Origin: an uncultured Polyangiales bacterium
GTDB lineage: Bacteria; Myxococcota_A; Polyangia; Polyangiales; CAYWAT01
Reading direction: 5' to 3'
DNA: 53,417 nucleotides
Assembly (NCBI GenBank): GCA_964456305.1
Contig: CAYWAT010000004.1
Span: forward strand, 1 to 53,417
Part shown: positions 18,131 through 27,236 of the stretch, in pieces
Layout of the letters: every line of letters starts with the position of its first letter
How positions within the stretch are numbered: position 1 is the stretch's first letter
Translations under genes and position numbers: made by a program
The notes under the pieces: generated by a model
Database searches by the model: none
What the model saw: only the letters and a program-made list of their open reading frames with translations
What the model was told of the DNA's origin: nothing

Positions 18131-20539
18131 ATGACTAGCTTTTTATCTTCTGCTGCTACAGGTGGTGTACTGGGGTATCTGGCGCTTGCGATCGCAGCCC
18201 CCACGGCCCTAGCCGAGCCCGCTGAGCGGCTCGCCCAGGCTACCGGCACCGCCGCCGATCTGGCACTAATTTCCCCTCGGGTAACCATTGACTATCGCTC
18301 CTCCGGCGGCGGCTACGACGGTTTTGGCGGTATTGAAGGATTTGTTCCCCTGGTTCAGACGCCAGGCAAAAATATTACCTACGTTGACGGTCGTTTTAAC
18401 CTCGACAACGACGCCAACGTGGGCACCAGTCTGCTGGTTGGTCATCGTCTGCTGAAGCATGAGGCCGTTTTTGGCGGCTACATCGGTTACGACCTCCGGG
18501 AGACCGACCGCAGCACCTTTCATCAAATCGGCTTGGGCCTAGAGGCCTTCTGGCAAGATTGGGAAACTCGCCTCAACGGCTATATTCCCGTGGGCGACAC
18601 CCGCAATCGCGTCGGCACCAGCGGCAGCGCCAGTGCTGGTTTTGCCTTCCAGGGCAACAGCCTGGTACTAGACGGGCTAGAAGAGCGATTCGAAGCGGCC
18701 CTGACCGGCGTAGACTTTGAAATCGGTCACCGCCTGGCTGCCTTTGAGAACGGCGGCGATCTAAAAGGCTATGGCGGCCTCTACTACTACGATGCCGAAG
18801 GTACCGACGGCAGCCTCGGCATTCGCGGTCGCCTAGAGGCCCGTCCCAATCGATTCCTGGGTCTGGGCTTTGGCGTGCAGCACGACGATATTTTTGGCAC
18901 TAACCTGCTTTTCTCCGTCAGCGCTAGCTTTCCCCAGCGCCGTCAGGCATCAGCGGATGCCACAGCAGAGGAGAGCCTGTGGACGATGGCCGGAGCCGAT
19001 ATCAGTCGCCTCGACACCATCGCCGTAGATGTCCAAACCGAAGGAATGGGTACGGTGGTAGCCACCGACGCCAGCGGCCAGCCCTATGTCTTTTACCATG
19101 TGGACCCGGCCACCGGCAGCGCTGCCGGCAGCGGCGCAATTGACTCTCCGCTAGATACGGCAGCCGGAGGCGCAGATCTCGCCAGCAGCGGCAGCATTGT
19201 CTATGTTCGCTCCGGTGATGCCGGTGGCGGCTTTACCATTCCAGACGGGGTGCAGGTGCTTTCTGCCAGTATCGACCAGTCCCTAGAGACCCAGCTAGGC
19301 ACGGTACTGCTAGCCGGTGCCGGTGGCGGCTCGCCGGGGCTAACCGGCACGGTGACCCTGGGCAGTAATACGGTGCTCTCGGGTTTTAATATTAGCGCCG
19401 CCGGAGCAGATGCCATTGTTGGCACCAATATTGACACAGCATCGGTACTTAACAACCGGATCGTCGGAGCCGACAACGGCATTAGCCTTACCGACGTCAC
19501 CGGGACTGTCATCGTGGACAGCAATCAGATCGACAGCTCCGCCGACCGCTCGTTTATCCTGGCCAATACCGGCGGTAGCCTGGAGCTGCTGTTTACTAAC
19601 AACAGCCTTAGCATCGCCAATACCGATGCGGTCAGGGTGAACCTGGTCGGTGACGCCAGCTTGAGTGCTGCGTTTACCGGTAACCTGATTGACGGCGTTA
19701 CCGATGCTGGCGGTGACGGCTTTGATATCGAGGCCAACGGCGCGTCTGTCTTTACCGCCACCGTTGCTAACAATCAAATCCGCAATGTTGGTAACTCCGC
19801 CGTTGAGCTAGAGGCCTGCAGTGAGCTAGCGGGTGGCACTCCCATTGTCTGCACCTCAAGCGTCGATGTAATTATCGACAACAACATTATCGAAAACGCG
19901 GGCGGCGACGGTATTCTGTTCCTGGATAACAGCGATGGCAGCGCTACGTTAGCAATTACTAACAATCAGCTAACCGACATCGGCACTGCCCAGACCGGCC
20001 TTACCCGCAATCCGCTCAATCCTCTGCCGGTACAGGGTAACGGGGGCTTTGGCATATTTGTGGCCACCTTTGCCGATGGCGACCTGGCCCTGCAGATTCA
20101 AGACAATACGATCGTCAATACCCAGGATGAAAAAATTGCCGTTGCCGCTAACCCAGAGGATGCGGGCGCATCGGCTATCACCGCTCAGATCACCGGCAAT
20201 ACCCTAAGCGGTACGGGCACTAACGTTCTAGCCGGTACTGACCTGTCTGCCGTGGTGGCAAACGGCGGTGAGATCTGTCTGCAGCTCGACAACAACGACG
20301 CCGTTAACGGATTTTTCCTGACTAACGGGGTTGATGCGGCCGGTACCGTCGGGCTAATTCCAGTGAATGTCAACGTGCTGCCTGCCGGTACGTTTAATCT
20401 TGAGACTCCGTCCGGCAATACCGGGACCGTCACGAGTACCGGTGCCATTACCTTGGACGTTCCTCCCCTGGGCACTGTCAACGCTACCACCACTACTGCA
20501 GGCGCGATCGCAAACCAGGTCAGCGGCTTTTGCAACTAG
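18131..20539 (+). CDS. Outer-membrane protein: inverse-autotransporter-type beta domain plus right-handed beta-helix passenger
   Basis: Signal peptide. Alternating aromatic beta strands 'FGGYIGYDLR...FHQIGLGLEA...RLNGYIPVGD', 'GVQHDDIFGT'. Then many N/T/G-rich 'I.NN.I' repeats. Confidence 0.75.
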   Translation: MTSFLSSAATGGVLGYLALAIAAPTALAEPAERLAQATGTAADLALISPRVTIDYRSSGGGYDGFGGIEGFVPLVQTPGKNITYVDGRFNLDNDANVGTSLLVGHRLLKHEAVFGGYIGYDLRETDRSTFHQIGLGLEAFWQDWETRLNGYIPVGDTRNRVGTSGSASAGFAFQGNSLVLDGLEERFEAALTGVDFEIGHRLAAFENGGDLKGYGGLYYYDAEGTDGSLGIRGRLEARPNRFLGLGFGVQHDDIFGTNLLFSVSASFPQRRQASADATAEESLWTMAGADISRLDTIAVDVQTEGMGTVVATDASGQPYVFYHVDPATGSAAGSGAIDSPLDTAAGGADLASSGSIVYVRSGDAGGGFTIPDGVQVLSASIDQSLETQLGTVLLAGAGGGSPGLTGTVTLGSNTVLSGFNISAAGADAIVGTNIDTASVLNNRIVGADNGISLTDVTGTVIVDSNQIDSSADRSFILANTGGSLELLFTNNSLSIANTDAVRVNLVGDASLSAAFTGNLIDGVTDAGGDGFDIEANGASVFTATVANNQIRNVGNSAVELEACSELAGGTPIVCTSSVDVIIDNNIIENAGGDGILFLDNSDGSATLAITNNQLTDIGTAQTGLTRNPLNPLPVQGNGGFGIFVATFADGDLALQIQDNTIVNTQDEKIAVAANPEDAGASAITAQITGNTLSGTGTNVLAGTDLSAVVANGGEICLQLDNNDAVNGFFLTNGVDAAGTVGLIPVNVNVLPAGTFNLETPSGNTGTVTSTGAITLDVPPLGTVNATTTTAGAIANQVSGFCN

Positions 20540-20598
20540 GCCCCGGCATCGCCCTCAGCTAGATATATGCTGGGAAATATTTTTCTGAGGGCGATGCT

Positions 20599-20916
20599 GT
20601 GATTCTAGAAACCGCCGTTCTGAAGGTACGGCCCCACGAGGCCGATGCCTTTGAAGCCGCTTTTGCCCAGGCCCAGCAAATCATCAGCTCAATGCCCGGC
20701 TACGGCGGCCATCAGCTGCATCGGTCTCTAGAGTCCCCCCACCAGTACCTGCTGCTTGTGCTGTGGCAGCGGCTAGAGGACCACACCGTGGGCTTTCGAG
20801 GTTCCCCTGAGTACCAGCGCTGGAAAGCGCTGCTGCACCACTTTTACGACCCCTTTCCCACGGTGGAACACTATCGGCTGCTGGCCGGCAGTGCTCAGCT
20901 GGACTGGGAGAAGTAG
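20599..20916 (+). CDS. Antibiotic biosynthesis monooxygenase (ABM) family protein
   Basis: 'MILETAVL.V...FEAAF...YLLLVLWQRLEDHTVGFRGSPEYQRWKALLHHFY'. Confidence 0.9.
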   Translation: MILETAVLKVRPHEADAFEAAFAQAQQIISSMPGYGGHQLHRSLESPHQYLLLVLWQRLEDHTVGFRGSPEYQRWKALLHHFYDPFPTVEHYRLLAGSAQLDWEK

Positions 20917-20938
20917 TGTTTCTACAAGTGTTTCTACA
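20915..20938. repeat. Perfect 12-bp tandem duplication at a convergent stop-codon junction
   Basis: AGTGTTTCTACA x2 (20915-20926, 20927-20938). Confidence 0.9.
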
Positions 20939-22091
20939 CTGCCATGACTTTCTCCAGGGCCGTCAGGAGGGCCTCTACGTTCTCAGAACGGCTGTTGTAG
21001 CCCATGAGACCAATGCGCCACACCCTGCCGCCCAGCTCTCCTAGACCGTTCCCAATTTCAATGTTGTGGTCGTTGAGCAGCTTGCTGGTGACGGTTTTGG
21101 CATCTACTCCGTCCGGCACCCGTACCGTGGTCAGCGTGGGCAGGCGGTAGGCCTCATCCACGTGGCAGCTGAGGCCGAGCTGCCCCAGGCCGTCCCACAG
21201 CTGGCGAGCGGTTTTCTGATGACGCTCCCAAGAGGTTTCTATTCCTTCTTCTAGCACCAGCCGTAGGGCTTCACGAATGGCGTAGGTCATGTTGACCGGG
21301 GCGGTGTGGTGGTAGGTGCGGCCTTTACCCCAGTAGTTGCGCAGCAGGGAAATATCTAAATACCAGTTAGCGACCTTGGTCTGACGCCGATCCATTTTCG
21401 CTAGAGCCCGCTCTCCCATGGTGAAGGGGGAGCTGCCGGGGGGGCAGCTGAGACCTTTTTGGCTGCAGCTATAGGCCATGTCAATTTTCCACTCATCTAG
21501 AAAAATCGGCACGCCAGCCAGGCTGGTGACCGTGTCCACCAGCAGCAGGCAGTCAAACTCGCGGCACAGATCGCCAACGCCTTCTAGGGGCTGGCAGGCG
21601 CCGGTGGAGGTTTCCGCGTGCACCAGGGCGAGAATGGCAGGGCGGTGCTCCTCTAGGGCAGAGCGCAGCTCCCCGAGGCTGAAGACTTCACCCCAGGGCT
21701 TGGAGATAGTGCGCACGTCGGCCCGGTAGCGGCCAGCCATGTCCACGAGACGATTGCCAAAGTAGCCGTTGATTCCTACCAGCACTACATCGCCGGGTTC
21801 CACAGAGTTGGCCAGGGTCGCTTCCATGGCGGCGGAGCCGGTGCCGCTAATGGGCAGCGTCATCTGATTTTCAGTCTGCCAGACGTAGCGCATCATTGCC
21901 TGTACTTCGTCCATCAGGTCCAGATAGGCCGGGTCTAGATGGCCGATGGGCTGGCGGTTCATGGCCGCTACTACCTCAGGGTTGGCATTGGAAGGCCCGG
22001 GTCCTAGCAGCAGCCGGTGGGGCACTGCTAACGGCTGAGTCTTGATCCGAAAATGTTCGTTGACCCTGGGCGAAGAAGCTGTAGAAATCAT
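20934..22091 (-). CDS. Alanine-glyoxylate / serine-pyruvate aminotransferase (class V PLP enzyme)
   Basis: 'LLLGPGPSN', 'SGTGSAAME', 'VHAETSTG', PLP lysine in 'SCSQKGLSCPPG', 'YHHTAP', 'WRIGLMG'. Confidence 0.93.
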   Translation of the reverse strand: MISTASSPRVNEHFRIKTQPLAVPHRLLLGPGPSNANPEVVAAMNRQPIGHLDPAYLDLMDEVQAMMRYVWQTENQMTLPISGTGSAAMEATLANSVEPGDVVLVGINGYFGNRLVDMAGRYRADVRTISKPWGEVFSLGELRSALEEHRPAILALVHAETSTGACQPLEGVGDLCREFDCLLLVDTVTSLAGVPIFLDEWKIDMAYSCSQKGLSCPPGSSPFTMGERALAKMDRRQTKVANWYLDISLLRNYWGKGRTYHHTAPVNMTYAIREALRLVLEEGIETSWERHQKTARQLWDGLGQLGLSCHVDEAYRLPTLTTVRVPDGVDAKTVTSKLLNDHNIEIGNGLGELGGRVWRIGLMGYNSRSENVEALLTALEKVMAV

Positions 22092-22394
22092 GGCAATTGT
22101 TTAGTAACTAGGCAGACTAGTTTTCGGCTGTGGATTGATACAGACGGAGCTACCGGCGGTGGGACCGCTGGGGCAGCGGTGAAAATTATTTTGTTTGGGT
22201 GATTTTGCGTCAGAATGGTCGCTTTTGGGTTGGCTAACCTCGTTCAACGGTATCGCACACAACAGCAGAATTTTTGTCAGACGGCTTTTATTGTCGGACG
22301 TTATGGCGTTTTCGTTAATGCGTTGGTCACAAGGCTTTGCTTTTAAAGAAAGGAGTCGGTGAAAAGCTGAAGTCGGGTACCGTCGTCGTCGATA

Positions 22395-23135
22395 ATGTGG
22401 GGTGTCGATCGAGGCCATCGGAGAGGTAACGGATTGGAACTCGGTGAGCTAAAAGAGCGCTGGCGAGCCTATCCTCAGGAGCAGTATCGCTGCGATCGCA
22501 ACCTCAATCTCTACCAGGGGCCGGAGCAAGACGGCCTAGTGACCCAGGCGGCTGCCGGTCGTCAGCTGGTGATTACAGACATTGACGCCGACGGGCTGCA
22601 GGTGGTGCTCTGTGCCGATGCCTACCCTGGCTGGCTGCCGCTGTCAGCGGCGGCGGCCCTAGCCATCAGTCCGCCCTACCAGGCTCCCCAGCTTGACCGG
22701 GAAGCCATCGTGCGCGCTATTCCAGGTGCCATCGCCTTCACCCAGGCGGCCATGGCCGTACCTAACACTTATCTATGGGGAGGCACCGTCGCTCCCAACT
22801 ACGACTGCTCCGGTCTAGTACAGGCCGCCTTTTCCTCGGTGGGGGTGCCCCTGCCCCGTGACTCCTACCAGCAGGAAGCGTTTACCCGGCCCGTCAGCGT
22901 CAATGACCTGCAGCCCGGCGATCTGCTCTTTTTTGGCACTTCAGAACGCACCACCCACGTGGCCCTGCACCTGAGCGCTGGCCGCTACATCCACAGCTCA
23001 GGCAAAGATCAGGGCCGTAACGGTATCGGCATCGACTCCCTCGTTGACCGATTTCATCCGGTCAGCCAGACCTATTACGAGCAGCTGCGCGGCTGCGGAC
23101 GCATCGTGGAGGGCTACGGCGGTCTACATGGCTAA
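22395..23135 (+). CDS. NlpC/P60 (C40) cell-wall peptidase; start uncertain
   Basis: 'YLWGG...YDCSGLVQ', 'LPRDSYQQ', 'PGDLLFF...HVAL...YIHSS'. Confidence 0.9.
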   Translation: MWGVDRGHRRGNGLELGELKERWRAYPQEQYRCDRNLNLYQGPEQDGLVTQAAAGRQLVITDIDADGLQVVLCADAYPGWLPLSAAAALAISPPYQAPQLDREAIVRAIPGAIAFTQAAMAVPNTYLWGGTVAPNYDCSGLVQAAFSSVGVPLPRDSYQQEAFTRPVSVNDLQPGDLLFFGTSERTTHVALHLSAGRYIHSSGKDQGRNGIGIDSLVDRFHPVSQTYYEQLRGCGRIVEGYGGLHG

Positions 23136-24108
23136 ACGGTTTCTACGCTGGCTGCTGCTGGGGGGCATTCTTTACTTTTTGGCTAAAACCCTGCAGCAGC
23201 ACTGGTACGAGGTTCTCACCCTAGAGATTACCCAGGCTACCTGGGCGCTGCTGACCATGGCGCTGGGGGTTACCCTGCTGGCCCACATTTGGTCTGGCTG
23301 GGTCTGGCATCTGATTTTGCATGCCCTAGGCGAGGGCCGCAGCGGCCGCTGGTCGACGGTGGTCTATCTGAAAACCAACATTGCTAAATATCTGCCGGGC
23401 AACGTCTGGCATTTTTTAGGCCGCGTCAGGGCGCTGAAAACCACCGGAGCCGACACTGGCACCGCCGTGGTAGGCGTGGTGCTAGAGCCGCTGCTCATGG
23501 CCGCTGCCGCCCTGAGCCTGGCCGCCCTGAGCTTTGGCCTAACGGCGGTACAAGACTGGCGAGTGCTGGTTCTGTGTCTGGCGGCTGGTGGCGCTATTCT
23601 GGCGGGGCTGCACCCGCAGATCCTCAATCCCCTGCTGCGCACCCTGGGGGCTGCCAAGGCTCGCGCCCAGGGGCTGACGGTTGCGACTGACAGCCTGCGG
23701 CTCCGGCGCTATCCCTGGGCGGCCCTCCTGGGGGAAATTGGCTTTGTGCTGCTGCGGGGGCTGGGTTTTGTGCTGGCGGTGGTGGCCCTGCGGCCCCTGA
23801 CGCCTGGCCAGGTGCTGGCCGTGCTTGGGGCTTTTAGCGTAGCCTGGCTGCTGGGGCTGGTGGTGCCGGGGGCACCGGGAGGAATCGGCGTTTTTGAAGC
23901 CGCTGCGATCGCACTGCTAGAAGGCCAGCTGCCCGGCGGTCTTATTCTGAGCAGTGTTGCGTTCTATCGGCTGCTGAGTACCCTGGCGGAGGCCCTGGGG
24001 GCTGCCCTAGTATGGCTGGACGAAGGCCTGCTGGCCTTAGGGAAACCGCCCGAGCGCCTTGGCCTGCCCGTGGCCACTGAGGAAGCGGCGGTGGATGAGC
24101 CCGGCTAG
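23128..24108 (+). CDS. Lysylphosphatidylglycerol synthase TM-domain (UPF0104/flippase-like) membrane protein
   Basis: 'TNIAKYLPGNVWH', 'PGAPGGIGVFE', 'FYRLLS'; multiple TM helices; 8-bp overlap with the C40 gene. Confidence 0.85.
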   Translation: MAKRFLRWLLLGGILYFLAKTLQQHWYEVLTLEITQATWALLTMALGVTLLAHIWSGWVWHLILHALGEGRSGRWSTVVYLKTNIAKYLPGNVWHFLGRVRALKTTGADTGTAVVGVVLEPLLMAAAALSLAALSFGLTAVQDWRVLVLCLAAGGAILAGLHPQILNPLLRTLGAAKARAQGLTVATDSLRLRRYPWAALLGEIGFVLLRGLGFVLAVVALRPLTPGQVLAVLGAFSVAWLLGLVVPGAPGGIGVFEAAAIALLEGQLPGGLILSSVAFYRLLSTLAEALGAALVWLDEGLLALGKPPERLGLPVATEEAAVDEPG

Positions 24109-24199
24109 GTTCAGCAAGACGTGGCAGGCCGCCAGGGTCAGATCACAGCGGCTGTGCCCGATGCCGCCCATCATGGGTGCAGTCACTGTCTTACCGGCT

Positions 24200-24607
24200 A
24201 TGAAAGCTCAGCTACGGCGTGTGAGTCGTTATTTTCTGCGCTGTTCCTGGATCGAGGGATTGGCACTGCTGTATGCCAGCCTATTTCTAATCGTGTTGGT
24301 GGCCGCCTACCGGGGGCAGCTGCCCCTGGAGCAGCTGAGTAGGATTCCCTACTACGACAAACTGGGCCATGTCCTGCTCTACGCCATTGCTACCTATCTG
24401 GGGCATCAGGTCTGCTATCGGTGGCGGCTTTTTGGGGGGCTCCGTCTGCCAGCCTTTCCCATCCTATTTGGCATCGCCACCGTCGCTGAAGAACTGACCC
24501 AGGGGCTGGCCCCCAGCCGTACCCTAGACCCTATCGATCTGATCTGCAGCGTTGGTGGAATTTTTCTAGGCTACGGGCTAGCGGCGGCCTCGGGACGATC
24601 CAAATAG
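24200..24607 (+). CDS. VanZ-like membrane protein
   Basis: 'YDKLGHVLLYA', 'EELTQGLAPSRTLDPIDL'; start uncertain. Confidence 0.75.
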   Translation: MKAQLRRVSRYFLRCSWIEGLALLYASLFLIVLVAAYRGQLPLEQLSRIPYYDKLGHVLLYAIATYLGHQVCYRWRLFGGLRLPAFPILFGIATVAEELTQGLAPSRTLDPIDLICSVGGIFLGYGLAAASGRSK

Positions 24608-24787
24608 CCCTGGGATATCCGCGTTTTCTGCATGGGCTACGGCGGCTGCCGGAGGGCACAAAAGTTAGTATCAACTCGAACTGGCATTACGCTACCCTAA
24701 TTTTGTAAGTAGCTTGTAGGGACCGGTTGCTGAATCCAGGCCCACGGATTTCAACATCAGACAGTCGGTAAACGATTCAAAGCAGGT

Positions 24788-25135
24788 ATGTACTACGGCG
24801 TGCCAGGTATAGAAGAAATTTCAGCAGCGGACCTAGCGGAGCGGCTGGGAAGTGAAGAACTGCAGCTAGTAGATGTGCGAGAACCTGAAGAAGTTGCGAT
24901 CGCAGCGCTACCCAACTGTATCTATCTTCCCCTCAGTCAGTACCCCGACTGGGGTGAGCAGATCTTTAGCTATCTAGACCCCAGCCGCGAGACCGTTGTT
25001 CTCTGCCACCACGGCATGCGCTCTGCCCAGATGTGCCAGTGGCTGCAGCGCCAGGGCTTTGAACTCACCAAGAATCTAGCCGGTGGCATTGATGCCTACG
25101 CCCGTTTCGTCGACCCCTCCCTGCCCCGCTACTAG
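24788..25135 (+). CDS. Single-domain rhodanese-like sulfurtransferase
   Basis: 'LVDVREPEE', active-site loop 'CHHGMRS', 'NLAGGIDAY'. Confidence 0.92.
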   Translation: MYYGVPGIEEISAADLAERLGSEELQLVDVREPEEVAIAALPNCIYLPLSQYPDWGEQIFSYLDPSRETVVLCHHGMRSAQMCQWLQRQGFELTKNLAGGIDAYARFVDPSLPRY

Positions 25136-25205
25136 CGCACTGGACAATCATCGCCCCCAGTAATCCAGATCGCTCATCTGCCACTCTATTCCTGGCTAGA
25201 TTCTA

Positions 25206-25676
25206 ATGCTCAGCAAACTGAAAAATCTGGTATCCGAAGTGGACGGTCGCTACGCCACCGACGGGGAGCTAATGTTTCTCAAAGGCTACCTTGAGACCGC
25301 CCACCTACGCTTTAGTGCCTATCAAAAAATCCAGGCGGCCGAATCGAAAATCGTGCAGCAGGTCAAGCAGCAGATCAAAAGCACCGAACCTCAGCTGCTC
25401 CGCAGTGGTCCAGCGGATCTTAGCGGTAAGTGGCAGCGCGACACGCTACGGGGACTGCGCTACTGCGCCCACGCCATGCTGGTGGCTGACAGCGATGGCC
25501 TCGAAGAAAACTTTTTACTGTGGTTTCAGGCCGTGATGCGCGCCTTTAAGGCCCAGCCTAGCTGTGATGCTACCTATCGAATTCTTCAGAGCGTAGTCCG
25601 TCAGTATCTGACCCCGGAGGAAGCTGGCCTATTTTGTCCGATTTTGGAACAGGCCCGCACCACCTTGGGCCAATAG
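25206..25676 (+). CDS. Phycobiliprotein (globin)-fold protein of a Pap-like operon
   Basis: 'VDGRYATDGEL' resembles the phycobiliprotein 'ADxxGRYLSxxEL'. 'KWQRDTLRGLRY' resembles 'CxRDxxYYLRY'. Confidence 0.75.
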   Translation: MLSKLKNLVSEVDGRYATDGELMFLKGYLETAHLRFSAYQKIQAAESKIVQQVKQQIKSTEPQLLRSGPADLSGKWQRDTLRGLRYCAHAMLVADSDGLEENFLLWFQAVMRAFKAQPSCDATYRILQSVVRQYLTPEEAGLFCPILEQARTTLGQ

Positions 25677-25744
25677 AGCTACCCTAAGGCTATCCAGTCG
25701 TTTAGCCCCAGCATATCTGTTCAGTCCGGACTTATCTTGAACGT

Positions 25745-26425
25745 ATGAATATCGCCCCAGTCGTTCCCCACAAGCTGCGTCAAAAATTTCCCAAAAAGCA
25801 CAATCACTTCAGCTTTGATACTTTCTTTCAGTTCAATCCTGACCAGGGCACCATCACTGACTGGAACAACAGCCGCAATATCCTAACTAGCGAAGACTTT
25901 ATCATCGGTCTGCAGGAAGGGCTAGAAGAAGAGGTCGGAGCTGCCTCTGCTGCGGTCATGTATTCCATTGGGGTGGAATGGGGCAAGCAGGACTCCCTGT
26001 TCTTTGAAAAGTGGTTTGAGCAGGAATTTGACGTCAATCCTCGCCAGTCAAATCTCATGTTTTTGCTAGAGACCTGGTGGTGGCCTTTCACCGCCCAGGG
26101 ATGGGGCCGCTGGGAAATTGACATGGCGGAGCGAAAACATGGGTTTATGTTTATTAACCTCTTTGACTCCGCCGTTGCCCGTACCCTGGGAGATGTCGGT
26201 AAGCCGGTGTGTTTTTTATACGCTGGGCTGTACGCCGGTTTTTTTACCGAGATGGTGCGTAAGCAGCTGAGCTGTATCGAAATTCAATGCTATTCCATGG
26301 GTGAAACCTACTGTAAGTTTTTGCTGGGCTCAAAGGAACGCATCGATGCGGCGACCTTTTGGCTTAACGAAGGCGCCTCAGCCAAGGAAATTGAACAGCG
26401 GCTCAAGGCCGGAGAACGGCTGTGA
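25745..26425 (+). CDS. V4R domain protein (Slr0144-like)
   Basis: 'AQGWG', 'PVCFLYAGLYAGFF...LSCIEIQCYSMGETYCKF'. Confidence 0.88.
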   Translation: MNIAPVVPHKLRQKFPKKHNHFSFDTFFQFNPDQGTITDWNNSRNILTSEDFIIGLQEGLEEEVGAASAAVMYSIGVEWGKQDSLFFEKWFEQEFDVNPRQSNLMFLLETWWWPFTAQGWGRWEIDMAERKHGFMFINLFDSAVARTLGDVGKPVCFLYAGLYAGFFTEMVRKQLSCIEIQCYSMGETYCKFLLGSKERIDAATFWLNEGASAKEIEQRLKAGERL

Positions 26426-26676
26426 GCGGCCTGGTATCTGGCGGCCACCTCTCGGTACAGGATTTCTTCAGCCAGATTTCCTGGGAAGGGCCGGTCTACC
26501 GGCCGGTGGAGGTGCCTAGGCCGGTAGAACCCACCGGAGTTGAAACCGTGGCGCAGTTTTTCGACACGTTTCCCTGGGAGGGAACGGCGGTGGCTGTATC
26601 ACCCTCTCCCCCACCGCTACCGGAGAAGGGCGACGGAGCTTCCCTAACGCTTGAGGCCCTTTCGGAGCTGTTTTAA
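26422..26676 (+). CDS. Small protein with a duplicated V..FF...WEG motif (Slr0145-like)
   Basis: 'SVQDFFSQISWEG' and 'TVAQFFDTFPWEG'; GTGA overlap with the upstream V4R gene. Confidence 0.7.
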   Translation: MSGLVSGGHLSVQDFFSQISWEGPVYRPVEVPRPVEPTGVETVAQFFDTFPWEGTAVAVSPSPPPLPEKGDGASLTLEALSELF

Positions 26677-26708
26677 GATTGCCTGTAGTTTTCTCCAATG
26701 TGAAGGGT

Positions 26709-27200
26709 ATGGACACAGACTTTGGCCAGCATATCCTTGCCCAGCTCGAACGACAGCCCGACCGTGGCTATCTCAGCCAGCAGGAGATGCTGGGTTTGAA
26801 GCAGTTCACCAGCTCTCTCCCCGAGCGCATTCGTACCTATCGACAGCTGCGAGAGGTGGAGGTACGTCTGCTCCAGAGTTTGGTAGACCGTCTACCGACG
26901 GAGCTTAAGCAGGACGAACCAGCCCTAGAGCAAAGCATTAGGCAGACAATACTGATTTTGCGCTACGCCGCCCTGGGCATGCTGGTGGACGACGTCGGCC
27001 TCGGTCAGCGTCGTCTGGAGGGATGGCTGACTACGATGGCGGAGGTGTATCAAACTGCTGAGGTCGATCGGCATCTGTATCAGGCCTTGAACGATCATCT
27101 GTCGCGTCTGCTGTCATCGGCACAGTTTGATCTGATTCACCCTGCTCTAGAGGCAGCGCATCAGGTGCTACAGGCCCGTGATTCAATAGAAAAAGCCTAG
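26709..27200 (+). CDS. Second phycobiliprotein (globin)-fold protein (Slr0146-like)
   Basis: 'RGYLSQQEM...LPERIRTYRQLRE...ILRYAALGML'; ATG 26709 with GAAGGG ribosome-binding site. Confidence 0.72.
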   Translation: MDTDFGQHILAQLERQPDRGYLSQQEMLGLKQFTSSLPERIRTYRQLREVEVRLLQSLVDRLPTELKQDEPALEQSIRQTILILRYAALGMLVDDVGLGQRRLEGWLTTMAEVYQTAEVDRHLYQALNDHLSRLLSSAQFDLIHPALEAAHQVLQARDSIEKA

Positions 27201-27236
27201 CCGTTAGCCCACTGTCTGAAAGGATATAAAGTCTGG

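Noticed and set aside
22101-22418. 105-aa minus-strand ORF upstream of the aminotransferase
   Set aside because: No recognisable motif. It occupies the divergent promoter region and overlaps the C40 start, so it is probably spurious.
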